A DNA stretch of 63,988 nucleotides, counting the filler, from Gonapodya sp. JEL0774 (Eukaryota), in the NCBI GenBank assembly GCA_027604505.1. It is 8 parts of 8 records of this genome, joined end to end, with 100 filler letters (N's around TTAATTAATTAA, not from the genome) between each part and the next. Parts side by side here need not be neighbours in the genome. Positions count along the whole stretch, not along the records: positions 56,931 to 63,988 come from JADIIX010000538.1; 7 more parts are not named here. One strand, 5' to 3'. The notes beneath the pieces are model-generated. The model was not told where the DNA came from. It worked only from the letters and a program-made list of their open reading frames with translations, and made no database searches. Positions 63,102 to 63,988 of this stretch are shown in pieces. A program made the translations under genes and the position numbers. Position 1 is the first letter of the stretch. Each line of letters opens with the position of its first letter.

Positions 63102-63988
63102 TCATGAACTTGGAGAGTCGTAAAATCGAACGACCGGTTGAGCAATGTGGGTCTGGTGGTCCCACTATCCGTCAAGAAGGTAATGCGGCACGGAATTGAG
63201 GATGGGAAAGTTGATCATGAGATTGCTTACCAGGGCGGATACGCTGCGCTCGTGAGGTGGTCTGCGTTGTGTATTTCGATGAGGTCGTCTTCTCATTCAT
63301 TCACGATGACTGGGCATTGGGCAATACAAAAAATTTGAACCTGGAAACTTGAGCCGCTTCTAACCAACAAAGCTGCACAGGTATTATGTACTCATTTGAT
63401 TTATTCTCTCCATTCTCCGGCCCCTTGGCTCTGGAGCGTCGGTGCGCAAGCAACAGAATATTGGACGCGCATCAAAAGTCCCGACGAACTATTTGGCAAG
63501 AAGAGCCAAGAAAGAAAACTTAATTTGATATTCAACATTCGCAGTCGCATTTATTTGAATATGGGGCACTGTGGTCGTCACTTTACTTTGGGGTATACTC
63601 CACACGCTCAAGGCAACATCCATCCATCGGACCGGAAACTTTCAGCACCCGCACAGGTGGGCGACTGAGACTCGATTCATCGCATTTTCAATCGCACCAA
63701 GATTCTCAAACTCTTCTTGTCAAACCGAATTACGATTCCAATGGACTCAATTGTTTCCCAAACTCGATGATATTTTCCAACTTCGGGGGAATTCCCATTA
63801 TCGACACGAAAAACGAAAAAGTCTTCTTCTTTACGCCCCTGAATCTCTGCAGAAAATGGTCCGGATTTCCGTCTTGGTGAGTATCTGGAGACATGGACAC
63901 GAGAAGCGGAGAGCTGGGAGACCGGGGACCTGGGGACTATGGGATACCGGGAACACTTCCCTTGAAGATCTTTGAACTGCTGGACCAG

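Overview
Eukaryotic, intron-rich DNA with GT-AG introns of mostly 50-100 nt. It is probably from an early-diverging (zoosporic/chytrid-grade) fungus; this is inferred from the fungal-type SNF4, HSP104, Ytp1 and DppV genes together with class A GPCRs and a BTG/Tob gene. The window is not one locus: seven 100-nt artificial spacers (N-run/TTAATTAATTAA/N-run) join eight unrelated ~8-kb contigs ordered by decreasing length, so gene neighbourhood only matters within a contig. Most ORF-track entries are exon fragments or antisense shadows, so I rebuilt gene models by hand from splice sites and reading-frame phase. Recognisable genes: YtcJ-like amidohydrolase, At4g00755-type F-box protein, intron-containing tRNA-Lys(UUU) with an inverted half-copy, Ytp1-like protein, BTG/Tob protein, two tandem rhodopsin-family GPCRs, HSP104 with a heat-shock element, YOP1/REEP-like protein, two tandem BTB proteins, SNF4, C2-lipase, pirin and DppV. 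The top candidate for an undescribed system is a spliced ~1,125-aa gene (17046-20605). It fuses an adenylate-kinase-like P-loop domain, an mRNA-capping guanylyltransferase-like domain with degenerate catalytic motifs, a T4 Rnl1-type RNA ligase and a C-terminal F-box. The second candidate is a ~1,400-aa spliced protein with GIY-YIG-like and UDG-like motifs (34989-39427). All family calls come from motif recognition by eye; no database searches were run.
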